From positions 1,210,590-1,274,589 of the forward strand of contig CAWBMV010000034.1 in NCBI GenBank assembly GCA_963789955.1: a stretch of 64,000 nucleotides of DNA. Direction: 5' to 3'. How positions within the stretch are numbered: the first letter of the stretch is position 1; each line of letters begins with the position of its first letter. Shown here in pieces: positions 1 to 10,541 of the stretch. The stretch is from an uncultured Candidatus Rokubacteria bacterium (GTDB lineage: Bacteria > Methylomirabilota > Methylomirabilia > Rokubacteriales > CSP1-6). The notes beneath the pieces are model-generated. The model did not search any database, was not told the DNA's origin, and saw nothing but the letters and a program-made list of their open reading frames with translations. A program made the position numbers and the translations under genes.

Positions 1-2
1 AG

Positions 3-371
3 ACGCTGGCGCGGCTGACCGAGTACTCCTGGCCCGGTAACGTGCGCGAGCTCGAAAACGTGATCCGCCGGCTGGCAGTGCTCGGAGACGGGGACCAGAC
101 GATGGAGGCCCTGATGAGCCGGAATCGCAATGGACACAACGGATATCACGGGCATAACGGGCACGTCCCAGTTCCATCGCCGATCGCCTCGGAGGGCCTG
201 AGAGAGGCCGGGCGCCGCGGGGCGCGAGACGCCGAGCGCACGGCGCTCCTGGAAGTGCTCGATCGCGTGAGCTGGAACCGTACCCAGGCCGCGCGGATTC
301 TCAAGGTCAGCTACAAGACGCTGCTCAAGAAAATCTCCGAATGCGGCCTGACGCCGCCTGTTCGCGGCTGA
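3..371 (+). CDS. Sigma-54-dependent transcriptional activator (NtrC family), C-terminal part; 5' end outside window
   Basis: Frame from base 3 reads YSWPGNVRELEN (AAA+ signature) and ends in a Fis-type HTH (WNRTQAARILKVSYKTLLKKI). Confidence 0.92.
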   Translation, partial: TLARLTEYSWPGNVRELENVIRRLAVLGDGDQTMEALMSRNRNGHNGYHGHNGHVPVPSPIASEGLREAGRRGARDAERTALLEVLDRVSWNRTQAARILKVSYKTLLKKISECGLTPPVRG

Positions 372-459
372 CGGGGCGCGCCGCGTCGCGACCCGGCGAG
401 TCGACGTCGCGGCCCGACCGGGTGAGTTCTCCGGCGGGTTGAGCCCTGGCGCCCGCTCC

Positions 460-548
460 CGCAGCAACAGCCAAACCTGAGCACTTCTGACCAGACGCCG
501 GACCCTGCGTTGGCGATCCTGGTGTATGGCGCGACGTGTCTCATCCGA
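460..548 (+). repeat. Copy 1 of a ~90 bp duplicated upstream element (copy 2 at 11986-12076)
   Basis: Colinear blocks ACCTGAGCA-n-TTCTGA-y-CAG, CGATCCT and GTATG, plus an exact 17-mer CGACGTGTCTCATCCGA (532-548 = 12060-12076). Confidence 0.8.
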
Positions 549-610
549 CCGCAACGTCGAGCCTGCCGCGCGAACCATCGCTTGGAGCTGCGCGGGAGGG
601 AGGTCGACTC

Positions 611-1255
611 ATGGTCAGATACTACGCGCGCGTTTTCGGGATCCTGGTTCTCCTGTTCGCGCTCGTCCCCGCTCGCGGCGCTTGGGCAGGCGCGCCGAGC
701 GATCAGCTGCGCGCCGGGATCGACCGGGTGTTCAAGATCCTCGACGACCCCGAGCTGGACGGCGACAAGAAGCTCAACCAGCGCCGAAGCGCCATCGTCA
801 TCGCCGCCAACGAGATATTCGACTTCGGCGAGATGGCGAAGCGATCCCTCGGTCAGTACTGGCCGCAGCGGACGTCCGCCGAACGCGTGGAGTTCGTTCG
901 CCTCTTCACTGAACTGGTCCAGCGCTCGTACATCTCCAAGGTGGACCAGCACGGCGCTCACAAGATGACCGTGCAGGGCGAGCGGATTGACGGCGACTAC
1001 GCTGTCGTGCGGACGACGCTCCCGCTCAGCGCAGGACACGAGTTGCCCATTGACTACAGCATGCGCAGCATCGACGACCGCTGGCAGGTGTACGACCTCA
1101 GCATCGACGGGATCAGCCTCGTGGCGAACTACCGGGCGCAATTCAACAAAATCATCCGGACCTCCTCGTACGAGGCTCTGGTCGCGAAGTTCAAGTCGCA
1201 CCAAGCTGAATTGGCGGCGCCCTCGACTGCCTCCGGAGGACAGCCTGCGCGATGA
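611..1255 (+). CDS. MlaC/Ttg2D-family lipid-binding periplasmic protein (HpnM-like)
   Basis: Signal peptide; FDFGEMAKRSLG and WQVYDLSIDGISLVANYRAQF motifs; GGAGG upstream of ATG 611; next to an MMPL gene. Confidence 0.88.
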   Translation: MVRYYARVFGILVLLFALVPARGAWAGAPSDQLRAGIDRVFKILDDPELDGDKKLNQRRSAIVIAANEIFDFGEMAKRSLGQYWPQRTSAERVEFVRLFTELVQRSYISKVDQHGAHKMTVQGERIDGDYAVVRTTLPLSAGHELPIDYSMRSIDDRWQVYDLSIDGISLVANYRAQFNKIIRTSSYEALVAKFKSHQAELAAPSTASGGQPAR

Positions 1256-1280
1256 TCGTCGATCCGGCAGGTGACCGTCC

Positions 1281-4073
1281 ATGGTTCCGCTCTCGCTGAC
1301 CGGCAGGATCTTACAGACCCTCGTCCGGCTTTGCTGCGCCCACCCAGCGTTGACGGTCTCCATGGCGTTCGCCTGTGCCGCGCTCGGCGCCGGTTATGCG
1401 GCACATTCCCTCACGCTCGAGACGTCCAAGTTCCATCTGCTGCCGCTCCACCAGCAGTACGCCACGCTCTACAAGGACTACGCCGAGGACTTCGGCCAGC
1501 TCGAGGACATCGTCGTGGTCGTGGAAGCCCCGCAGATCGAGACCTCGACGGCTTACGCGGCCCGCCTGGCCGGTGTTCTTCGCCACGGCGCCCTCGAGAC
1601 GGCGCGCATCAGCTATCGGATCGACGCGAGCCGTCTCGAAGCGCACGGGCTCTTGTACCTGCCGCTCGACACGCTACGAACGACGCTCGACACGGTCGCC
1701 GGCCAGGAAGAGCTGCTGGCCGACTTCGCCGGCAGCTCGACGCTCGATCGTCTGGTTGCCGGCATCAACCAGTCCATCGGCGGAACTTTCCTGCCAGGCG
1801 TGTTCGGCCCCGGGGGCGGGGACGAGCCGAACCCAGCGCCCGCGCGTCTGCTTCGCGATCTCCTGACCCAGATGTCGGAGCGGATCGACGGCGGGCCGTA
1901 CCGCTCGCCCTGGGTGAATTTGATCGCAGCCCCCACGTTCGCACCGGACGGCGGCTACTTCTTGTCCCACGACCGGCGCCTCCTCTACGTCGTGGTTGAC
2001 CTCGTCGAGGTACCGCGCACCTTCGCCACCGAGCACGCGGCGGTCCTCGCCATCCGGGCCGCGATCGCGAGCCTCCGCCAGGAGTTTCCATCGGTCGAGG
2101 CCGGCGTCACGGGAGCGCCCGCGCTCTTCAGTGACGAGCTGACCGCCGCCACCCGAGACGGCGAGATCGCCAGTGTCCTGGCGTTGTTCCTCACGCTCGG
2201 TCTGTTGATGCTCGCGTTTCGACGGCTCGCCACCTCGTGCGCGATGCTCGTCGTGCTCGCCTTGAGCCTGGGCTGGTCGCTCGGCATCATCACGCTGCTC
2301 GTCGGCCAGCTCACGATCTTTTCCATGATGTTCGTCTCGGTCGTCATCGGTCTCGGGAGCGACTACGGCATCTTCTTCCTGTTCCGATATCGGGAAGAGC
2401 GAGTGCTCGGTCTGACGCTCGTCGGTGCGCTCGAGCGTACCGCGGCGCGAAGCGGCCCGGCCATTCTGCTGGGTGCCCTCACCGCTGCGGTGACCTTCTA
2501 CATCCTGACCATCGCCGAGTTCAGCGGTATCCGCGACTTCGGCTTCATCTCCGGCACGGCGATCCTTCTCGCATTTCTGTCGATGCTCACCGTCTTCCCG
2601 GCGACCGTGCTGCTCCTCGACCGGTGGCGGGGGGCCCCGCGACTCGTGCCGATCGCCGGCCGTCCAGACACTCACCGGTCGCCCGACCTCAAACCGATCG
2701 AGCGCAGACAATTGCAGGTCCCAGCGCTGGAGTGGCTCGCGGGTTTTCCGAAGACCATCGTCGCCGCCGCGGTCCTCCTGACCGCCGCATCGCTGTGGGC
2801 GGCACCGCGGGTGGGTTTTGACTATAACCTGTTGAACCTCCAGGCCGACGGCACCGAGTCGGTCGTCTGGGAGAGGAAGGCCGCTGCCGCTTCGGGACGC
2901 TCGGTGTTCGCAGCGCTCTCGACGGCCGCGTCGCTCCCGGAGCTCGAGGACAGGCAAGCCGCATTTCAGCGCCTGCCCTCCGTCTCCGACGTCCAGAGCG
3001 TCCTGTCGGTGTTACCCGATCGACAGGCCGACAAGCTGGCAGTTCTCCAGCGCCTTGGAGACGTGGCCGACAGCATCCGCCCGGGCGCGCCGCGCCCCCT
3101 CGATCTCCGTGCGCTCACCGTGGCGCTCGAGACCTTGAAGCGCCGCCTCGACGTCGCGAGTGCGCAAAGCGGCGCCGGGGGGCCGCCGGAGGAGATCGTC
3201 GCCACTGCCCGAACGACCTCGAGGCTTCTCGAGAGGCTCAAGGCGCGCGAGGGCGGTGCCGTCGAGGTCGCGCTCGCCGACTACCAGGCGCGGCTGTCGG
3301 CCGACTTCGCCCAGCAGTGGCGCCGGCTCCAGCTGGCGGCCCGGCCGGCGCCTCTCACGCCGGGCGATCTGCCGGAAGAGCTGCGACGAAAGTTCATCGG
3401 CAAGAGCGGGCACCTGCTTCTTCAGGTGTACTCCCGGCTCGACCTCTGGGATCGGCACAGTCAGGCGCGCTTCGTGGAGGAGCTGCGGACCGTCGACCCG
3501 AGCGTCACGGGACAGCCTGTCGTCGCCTACGAGTCGACGCAGCTCATCGAGCGGACGTTCCGGCTCGGACTGGCGTACGCCTTCGCGCTCGTCGCCGGCA
3601 TCGCGGCGCTCATGATCCGCCGTGTGCGGGAGACCGTGCTCGCGATGGTGCCGCTGATCCTGGGCACGCTGTGGACGGTCGGGATCATGCAGTTGGCCGG
3701 GCTGAAGTTCAACCTGGTGAACGTCTGGGCGCTTCCGCTCATCGTCGGCTCCGCCGCCGAGTACGGCGTGAACATCGTTCTCCGGTCTCTCGAATCGGAG
3801 GCGCACGGCGAGGGACGACGGCTCGCGCGCAGCACCGTCATGGGGGTGGTGTTCAACGGTCTCACGACCCTGGCGGGCTTCGGCAGCCTGCTCGTCGCGC
3901 ACCATCGAGGCGTGTGGAGCCTGGGCTTGCTGCTCGTGATCGGCTCCGCGACGACGCTGATCGCCTCGCTGGTCGTGCTGCCCACGCTGGTGCGCCTCGG
4001 CGGCGAGCGCCGCCGATCTGAGGCCGAGCACAGCCCTGTGGTCGCCACCGCCGTGACCGCGATCGCAAGCTAG
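1281..4073 (+). CDS. MMPL/RND family transporter (HpnN-like hopanoid transporter)
   Basis: 930 aa with two TM bundles (GLGSDYGIF and GSAAEYGVN) and an FDYNLLNLQA motif typical of HpnN. Confidence 0.88.
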   Translation: MVPLSLTGRILQTLVRLCCAHPALTVSMAFACAALGAGYAAHSLTLETSKFHLLPLHQQYATLYKDYAEDFGQLEDIVVVVEAPQIETSTAYAARLAGVLRHGALETARISYRIDASRLEAHGLLYLPLDTLRTTLDTVAGQEELLADFAGSSTLDRLVAGINQSIGGTFLPGVFGPGGGDEPNPAPARLLRDLLTQMSERIDGGPYRSPWVNLIAAPTFAPDGGYFLSHDRRLLYVVVDLVEVPRTFATEHAAVLAIRAAIASLRQEFPSVEAGVTGAPALFSDELTAATRDGEIASVLALFLTLGLLMLAFRRLATSCAMLVVLALSLGWSLGIITLLVGQLTIFSMMFVSVVIGLGSDYGIFFLFRYREERVLGLTLVGALERTAARSGPAILLGALTAAVTFYILTIAEFSGIRDFGFISGTAILLAFLSMLTVFPATVLLLDRWRGAPRLVPIAGRPDTHRSPDLKPIERRQLQVPALEWLAGFPKTIVAAAVLLTAASLWAAPRVGFDYNLLNLQADGTESVVWERKAAAASGRSVFAALSTAASLPELEDRQAAFQRLPSVSDVQSVLSVLPDRQADKLAVLQRLGDVADSIRPGAPRPLDLRALTVALETLKRRLDVASAQSGAGGPPEEIVATARTTSRLLERLKAREGGAVEVALADYQARLSADFAQQWRRLQLAARPAPLTPGDLPEELRRKFIGKSGHLLLQVYSRLDLWDRHSQARFVEELRTVDPSVTGQPVVAYESTQLIERTFRLGLAYAFALVAGIAALMIRRVRETVLAMVPLILGTLWTVGIMQLAGLKFNLVNVWALPLIVGSAAEYGVNIVLRSLESEAHGEGRRLARSTVMGVVFNGLTTLAGFGSLLVAHHRGVWSLGLLLVIGSATTLIASLVVLPTLVRLGGERRRSEAEHSPVVATAVTAIAS

Positions 4074-4092
4074 AAAGACAAAGGAACGCCCA

Positions 4093-5407
4093 ATGAAGGT
4101 CCGTTCAATCGTCGTCGGTGTCATCCTCGTCGTGGCGTCGGTGCTCATGGCCGACAACGTTCAGGGTCAGAGCAAGGCTACGGGCAACGGAATCGACGCC
4201 CACGTGCGCACGATGCTCGAGAATGGGCGGCGAATCTTTCGCTTCGATACCTTCGGCAGCGAAGCCTTCTGGGGCGAGACGCTCCAGCTCCACAGAGCCA
4301 TCGCCGGCGAGAAGAACGGAGGTGTCGGCGGCGGCGTGAGCCCAAAGACCGCGCTGTCGGTCGGCCTGAAGGTCGATGCGGATGCGTTGCCCGCCCCGCT
4401 GAAGCGGCAGATCAAGGACGGCAAGGTCGACCTCGACGACCCCGCGACCACGCTCGCCCTTCTCAAGCTGAACTCGGTCGTCGGCGTCACCGGGTTGTTC
4501 AACACCCAGGGGAACCTCGTCTCGATGGGACTTCAGTGCGCTCTCTGCCACTCGACCGTGGACGACTCCTTCGCATCCGGGATCGGCAAACGCCAGGACG
4601 GGTGGGCCAACCGTGACCTCAACGTCGGGCTCATCGTGTCGCTGGCGCCGAACCTCACGCCGTTCGCCGAGCTCCTCGGTGTCGACGTCGCCACGGTGAA
4701 GAAGGTGCTCACCAGCTGGGGGCCCGGCCGATTCGATGCCGAGCTCGACAAGGACGGCAAGGCCTTTCGACCGGACGGAAAGCAAGCAGGAACGCTGATT
4801 CCTCCCGCCTTCGGTCTCGCCGGCGTGAACCTGAGCACCTGGACGGGCTTTGGATCCGCTCACGTACTGGAACGCGTACGTCGCGGCGACGCAGATGCAC
4901 GGCGCGGGGACGTTCTTCGACGCGCGGTTCAACGATGGCGAGCAATATCCGGTATCGGCCAAGAGTCACTCCGGCAACACGCGCCCAACGCGTGACGCGG
5001 TGACCTCGAAGCTGGCGGCTCTTCACTTCTACCAGCTCGCGCTGCCCGCGCCGAAAGCGCCGGCGGCGAGCTTCGACAAGGACGCCGCCGCGCGCGGACT
5101 CGTGCTGTTCAACGGCACCGCCAAGTGCGCCACCTGTCACGTCCCGCCGCTCTTCACCGAGCCCGGAAACAACCTGCACGCGCCCAGCGAGATCGGCGTT
5201 GACTCTTTCCAGGCTGACCGCTCACCGACTCACATGTACCGGACCGCGCCCCTCGCCGGGCTCTGGACCCACCAGAAGGGCGGCTTCTACCATGACGGCC
5301 GCTTTGCCACGTTGCGGGACGTGCTCGAGCACTACGACGCGTTCTTCAAGCTGGGGTTGAGCGAGCGGGAAAAGACCGAGCTCACCGAATACCTGAAATC
5401 GCTGTAG
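4093..5407 (+). CDS. Secreted di-heme cytochrome c protein (frameshift near 4850)
   Basis: Signal peptide; CALCH and CATCH heme motifs; C-terminal FYHDGRFATL like cytochrome c peroxidase-type folds. ORFs 4093-4995 and 4850-5407 join at TWTGFGS/TYWNAY. Confidence 0.8.
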
Positions 5408-5420
5408 GGGAGAAAAAGAA

Positions 5421-5711
5421 ATGCGAACCAGTGAGGTCTTCATTCTGGGAACGATCACAGGCGCAGTCGGCATCTTGCTCTGGGGGAGACAGATCCAGAG
5501 CTCTGTGCGAGGAAAGACATCGGCGGTGCGCTCGAAGGCCGCGGAGGGGATCCGCGCGGTGGAAACGCAGACCGGGAAAGTGCTGGACCGAGGCGGGAGC
5601 TCCCTGCGTCGAGCCGAAGAGTTCTTGCAGGATACGAAGGAGCACGTCAGTGACGCGCTTCGAGCGGCGGAGGTTGCGATTCGCCCGGCACCAGCAACCG
5701 GAACAGCATGA
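5421..5711 (+). CDS. Small membrane-anchored hypothetical protein (YtxH/stress-protein-like)
   Basis: N-terminal TM helix followed by an amphipathic tail; operon-like spacing and RBS. Confidence 0.6.
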   Translation: MRTSEVFILGTITGAVGILLWGRQIQSSVRGKTSAVRSKAAEGIRAVETQTGKVLDRGGSSLRRAEEFLQDTKEHVSDALRAAEVAIRPAPATGTA

Positions 5712-6379
5712 CCATGCGAACACAGCTCATTGCCACCCTCGTCGTCTTCGTCCTGACCGGAGGGTGCGCCGGGCTCGGGGGCGCGCCGTCGGCCGAGCCG
5801 AGCCAGAAGGGCGGGACGCAGCCCGCGTCTCGCCCGCTCGATGCGCAACAGGCCGAGCGCCTTCGGCTCGTCATGCTCCCGCTCGTCAAAGCCATGAATC
5901 ATCCGCGCCCCTTGAATCAGGTCCGGGTGGCGATCATGGACGATCCGCACGTCAACGCGGCCAGCGCGGGCGGGGGAGAGTTCTATGTCACCACCGGGCT
6001 GCTTCTGAAGGCCAGCGATGACCAGCTCCGGGGGGTGCTGGCTCACGAGCTCGCCCACGACGATCTCGGCCATGTCGCCAAGGCTCAAACGCTCGGCGTC
6101 GGAGTGGGCATCGGCGTGATTGTTCTCGACCAGCTGTTCCCCGGCAGCGGCAGTCTCACGCCTCTCGCCGGCGCCTTGATTACCAATGGCTACAGCCGCC
6201 AGGAGGAATACGACGCGGACCGCCACGGTGTCGATCTCCTTCGCGGTGCCGGGTATTCCAAGGACGTGATGATCAACACGCTGACCTGGCTCCTGCAGAC
6301 AGAGGGCGCCAGCGGGGGAGGGTTCCTCGCCAGCCATCCGGGAACGCAAGACCGGATCGACGCGCTGAAAAAGCTATAG
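5708..6379 (+). CDS. M48 family Zn metallopeptidase lipoprotein
   Basis: Lipobox-like LTGGC; HELAH (HExxH), YSRQEEYDAD and FLASHP motifs. Confidence 0.92.
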   Translation: MTMRTQLIATLVVFVLTGGCAGLGGAPSAEPSQKGGTQPASRPLDAQQAERLRLVMLPLVKAMNHPRPLNQVRVAIMDDPHVNAASAGGGEFYVTTGLLLKASDDQLRGVLAHELAHDDLGHVAKAQTLGVGVGIGVIVLDQLFPGSGSLTPLAGALITNGYSRQEEYDADRHGVDLLRGAGYSKDVMINTLTWLLQTEGASGGGFLASHPGTQDRIDALKKL

Positions 6380-6892
6380 TGAAGCCCGCGCCGCGCATCG
6401 TCGGACTCGTCTTCCTGGTGGCGGCGGGTTGCGTCGGGGGAGAGAGCGCGCCGCCGCGCGAGCCGGTTGTCCAGCCGGCCGCGCCCTGCAGCGCGTCCCA
6501 CAGATCAGAGCGCCGCCAAGAAGATTCCCGCTCCTCCCTCAACCGCGGAGCAGTCTCGGAAGACGGAGAGCGCCGCTCCGGGGAAGCCGGCGGCGTCGCC
6601 ACCCCTGAACCTGGCGTCTCTGGAGCAGCGACTCAGAGACACCAAGGCCATCGGCGTGTTCACGAAGATCTCGCTCAAGAATCAAGTCGATGACCTGCTG
6701 AGTCAGTTTCGAGCGTTCCACCAGGAAGGCGCAGGAGCCCTGACCGAGCTTCGGGAAAAGTACAATCTTCTTCTCCTCAAGGTGTTGTCTCTCCTGCAGG
6801 CCGGTGACCCGGTGCTGGCTCAAGCTGTCGCGGCGTCACGCGAAGCGATCTGGAGCCTCCTTGCGGATCCGGCAAAGTTTGCAACGCTCTAA
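6379..6892 (+). CDS. Hypothetical lipoprotein (frameshift near 6490)
   Basis: Lipobox VAAGC in frame 6379; helical C-terminal domain continues in ORF 6467-6892. Confidence 0.6.
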
Positions 6893-6913
6893 CCTCACAG
6901 GAGGCGAAGCGCT

Positions 6914-7168
6914 GTGAGAACACGTGCAAAAGGCTGGGCCCTCAGCGTTGCGATGACGATGCTCTCCGCGGGGCCGTCGATCGCCGCGGATGACGTATCG
7001 GTCCTCAAGGATCTGACGGCCGTGATCGCGCTCCAGGCGCTGCCCTGTGGTCAAGTCATCGCTGTCGTGCGCCAAGCTGAGAGCGACTACATCACGTCAT
7101 GCCAGGACGGGAACCGCTACCGGGTGTTCATCAACTCCGAGGGGCGGGTTGTCGCGCTGAAGCAATAG
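6914..7168 (+). CDS. Small secreted hypothetical protein with two Cys
   Basis: AGGAGG RBS, signal peptide, LPCGQV...TSCQDGNRY. Confidence 0.65.
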   Translation: MRTRAKGWALSVAMTMLSAGPSIAADDVSVLKDLTAVIALQALPCGQVIAVVRQAESDYITSCQDGNRYRVFINSEGRVVALKQ

Positions 7169-7237
7169 GATGCTCCTCGCGCCGATTCGGTCTGCTCTGC
7201 CGACTCGCCAATTGAATCTGCTCCTTGCAAAACGGGC

Positions 7238-9337
7238 ATGAACAACTGGGGGATCGTTGCGCTCGTCGTTGCGGCCCTGTACTGGCTGCAGGCCGTGCTG
7301 ATCCCGATGGCGATGGCCATCTTGCTCACGTTCCTCTTGAGTCCCGTGGTGGGCATCGTCCAGCGGCGAGGGCTGGGTCGAGTGCCGGCGGTCCTCGTGA
7401 CGGTTTTCCTCGCGTTCTCGATCCTGGGCGGGATTGGCTGGACGCTCACTCGCCAGCTGGTAACGCTCGCCAACGAGCTGCCACGGTACAGCCTGAACAT
7501 CCACCAGAGAATCGCGGATCTTCGCGGAGCCAGCCAGGGCGGCTCGGTGGAGAAGGTTCAGAAAGCGGTGGAGGACGTGGTCGGCGAGATCCAGAAGACG
7601 GGCAAGCGAAGGTGTGACGGGCTCACAAGTCGGTCGCCGTCGTCCTGGAGCCCCCGTCGATCCTTGCGCACTTGCCAACCCTTCTCCAAGCGCTGGCGAA
7701 CGCGGGGCTCGTGACGGTGCTCGTGATCTTCATGCTGCTCGAGCGCCGGGAGCTGCGGGATCGGCTGATCTTGCTGATTGGCTATCGGCGGATGACGGCG
7801 ACGACCAGAGCGCTAGACGAAGCCGGGGCGCGTATCAGCCGGTACCTGCTCATGCAATGCATCATCAACGGCAGTTTCGGCGTGGCCGTGGGACTCGGCC
7901 TCTTCCTGATCGGAGTTCCCTACGCCGTCACCTGGGGATCCCTGGCGGCCGCCCTTCGGTTCATCCCGTACCTGGGGGCTTTCGTCGCGATGCTCCTGCC
8001 GCTTGCCCTCAGTCTGGCGGTCTTCCCGGGGTGGCTCCAGCCGGCGCTGGTTGTCGGTCTGTTCCTCGTGCTGGAGCCCATCACCGGCTCGGTGATCGAG
8101 TCGTGGTTGTACGGTCAAAGTGCGGGGGTATCGCAGGTCGCGCTGCTGAGTAGCGTTGACCTTCTGGACCTGGCTCTGGGGACCGGCGGGGTTGCTGATG
8201 GCGACGCCCCTGACGGTCTGCCTCGTCGTTCTCGGCAAGCACCTGCCCGCCCTGGGGTTCATCGTCGTGCTCATGGGTGACCGGCCGGTCATCGAGGCCA
8301 AGGCGCGCTACTATCAGCGACTGCTCGCGCGAGACCAGGACGAGGCGGCCGACATCGTCGAGACCTACGTGAACAAGGACGGACGAGAGTCAGTCTATGA
8401 CGCGGTGCTCCTCCCCGCGCTCTACTATGCCAAGCAGGACCGTGATCGCGGTCTGTTGAGCGAGGGTGACGCTGAATTCGTGGGACAGGCGACCCGAGAG
8501 ATCCTCGACGTTCTCGCCCACGACGCTGCCGGCCCCTCAGAGAGGGACTCCGGGGACCTCTCCGTGAGTGACCCCGGCGACACCCGGGTCCGGATCCTAG
8601 GGTGTCCCGCTCGAGACGAGGCAGATGCCGTGGCTCTCGAGATGGTGCGACACCTGCTCGACCCGGCGCGGTACCGGATCGAGGTGAGCGGGACCGGGAT
8701 GCTCACGGCGGAAGTGGCCGCCTGGGTCGACCTGCACCGCCCCGCGCTCCTCTGCATCGGGACGGTGGCGCCAGGAGGCTTGAGCCAGGCGCGGCATCTC
8801 TGCAAGCGCCTGCGTTCGCAGTGTCCGGAGCTCAAGATCGTGGTCGGTCGCTGGGGTCTCCACGACGAAAGGGATACCGATCGCGAGCTCCTGCTCGCGG
8901 CCGGAGCCGATCACGTCGAGACGACGGTGCTCGATACACAACGGGCACTCGCCCAGGTGGCGCTGACGCTCGGGCGCCCGGCTCCGGAGCTCGCCACCGA
9001 CGCTGGTTCCCGAGGTCGTGCCAGAGACCGACCCCGCCGACGTCCACGGCGCTCGAGTGGGCCCGAGGCGCGGAACCGATACCGTGAACCTGCGGCGTGC
9101 GGGCGACCGCTGCCAGCCTCGGCGATTTCGCCTCGTCGCTCGGCGTCGGCCTGCTGTGGACGGCGGTCGACTGTCGTTCCGAGAATCAGTCAGGAAACCC
9201 TGGCCGACATGGTCGGGACCACGCGGTCCAGGGTGAGTTTCTTCATGAACAAGTTTCGGAAGCTGGGCCTCATTGAATATAGCGGGGGGCAACTGCAGGT
9301 TCACAGCTCCCTCCTGGGGGTCGTCCTCCACGACTAG
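7238..9337 (+). CDS. AI-2E family transporter with C-terminal soluble (cobalamin-binding/receiver-like) domain; frameshifts near 7610 and 8150; true 3' end uncertain
   Basis: AI-2E motifs LRFIPYLG and FWTWLWGPAGLLMATPLTVCLVVLG, and YYQRLLARD, spread across three consecutive ORFs. Confidence 0.8.
9172..9337 (+). pseudogene. Orphan Crp/Fnr HTH segment, near-duplicate of 11035-11197
   Basis: VVPRISQETLADMVGTTRSRVSFFMNKFRKLG...VLHD* closely matches the end of the Crp gene at 10542-11197; no cNMP-binding domain upstream. Confidence 0.75.
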
Positions 9338-9430
9338 ACGGCGTCGATACCCCGTTATCAGTCGCAGCGCAAGCCAGCGGACGATCCGACGGCAGTCATC
9401 GCGCTCCGCGAGCAAGACCCGCCCGGCGTC

Positions 9431-9529
9431 TCCATGACCGCCACCGTACGTGTACGGGTAGCGCTCTTGGGCGGAGTGTCTTGACCATCCCTCGAAGACG
9501 GGAGGGGCTCGGTGGCTATGGTCCAACTC
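9431..9529 (+). repeat. Copy 1 of a ~100 bp duplicated promoter/leader with palindrome CCGTAC-GT-GTACGG (9444-9457)
   Basis: Aligns by eye along its length with 10422-10518, including GGAGG and the start of MAMVQL. Confidence 0.85.
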
Positions 9530-9568
9530 CGCGGAGAGTGCGCGATGCCCGTCAAAGGTGCTGGGGCG

Positions 9569-10410
9569 ATGGCGACACAGTTGAGGAAGACCGGACTCGG
9601 TGTTCTGGGCGACATGCCGTGGGGGACCCACTGTTGTCACTTCTATCAGACGCAAAAGGAGCTCTTGGAGACGCTCGTCCCTTATTTCAAGGCGGGCCTG
9701 GAGAGCCGGGAGTTCTGCTTCTGGCTCGTCCCGGAACCCCTGACCGAGGCGAAGGCCCAGAGGGCGCTGCGCCAGCATCTGCCCGACGCTGATCGATACC
9801 TGGCGGACGGGAGCATCGAGATTGTATCGAGCCGGAAGTGGTATCTCCACCGAGGCAAGTTTTCGCGCGCGCGGGTCGCCCGTATATGGAACGAGAAACT
9901 GGAGCAAGCATCGGCTCGAGGCTACACCGGGGTGAGGGCCACTGGGAACGCCTTCTGGCTCCACAGAAAGCAGTGGAGGCTCTTCGATGAGTACGAACGA
10001 ACGCTCAATGACTCCCTTGCCGGGAAAGTCCTTGGTCGTCTTGTGCAGTTATCCGCTCGTCGTGTGCGGAGCGACCGAGGTGCTCGACGTAGCGCGGAAT
10101 CATCACTTTGCCATCGCAAAGCGAGCGAGGAAATGGGAGGTTGTCCAGTGGCGGACGCCGTCCAGCTCGGCGCGAGCGCTACGAGGCCCTGACGAGCCGG
10201 GAGCGAGATGTGTTCCACCTGGCCGCCGAGGGCCACACCAACCCCCAGATTTCCCAGCGACTATCTATTGGCGTCCGTACCGTCGAGGGCTACCGCGCGA
10301 ATCTCATGCGCAAGCTTGGCCTGCGCAATCAGACCGACTTGGTCCGGTACGCGCTCCAGGGGGGACTGCTGCCCGACGAAACATGGATCCGCCAGAGGAA
10401 AGGCGACTGA
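9569..10410 (+). CDS. MEDS sensory domain fused to LuxR/NarL-type HTH (frameshifts near 10030 and 10175; alternative start 9512)
   Basis: GDMPWGTHCCHFY (MEDS) followed by LTSRERDVFHLAAEGHTNPQISQRLSIGVRTVEGYRANLMRKL (HTH LuxR). Confidence 0.8.
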
Positions 10411-10421
10411 CGCCGGTCCTC

Positions 10422-10518
10422 TCCGTGACGCCACCGTACGTGTACGGCTAGCACTTTTAGGCAGAGTGCGGGATCATTCTCGAGGACGGGAGGGGTTCTG
10501 ATGGCGATGGTCCAACTC
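10422..10518 (+). repeat. Copy 2 of the duplicated promoter/leader; palindrome at 10434-10447
   Basis: Matches 9431-9529; here followed by an 8-codon ORF MAMVQLGS* (10501-10527). Confidence 0.85.
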
Positions 10519-10541
10519 GGCAGCTAGGCGGGGCCGACTCG

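Noticed and set aside
527..545. Sigma-54 -24/-12 promoter
   Set aside because: TGGCGCG is present but there is no TTGC at -12, and the second copy of the element lacks the GG.
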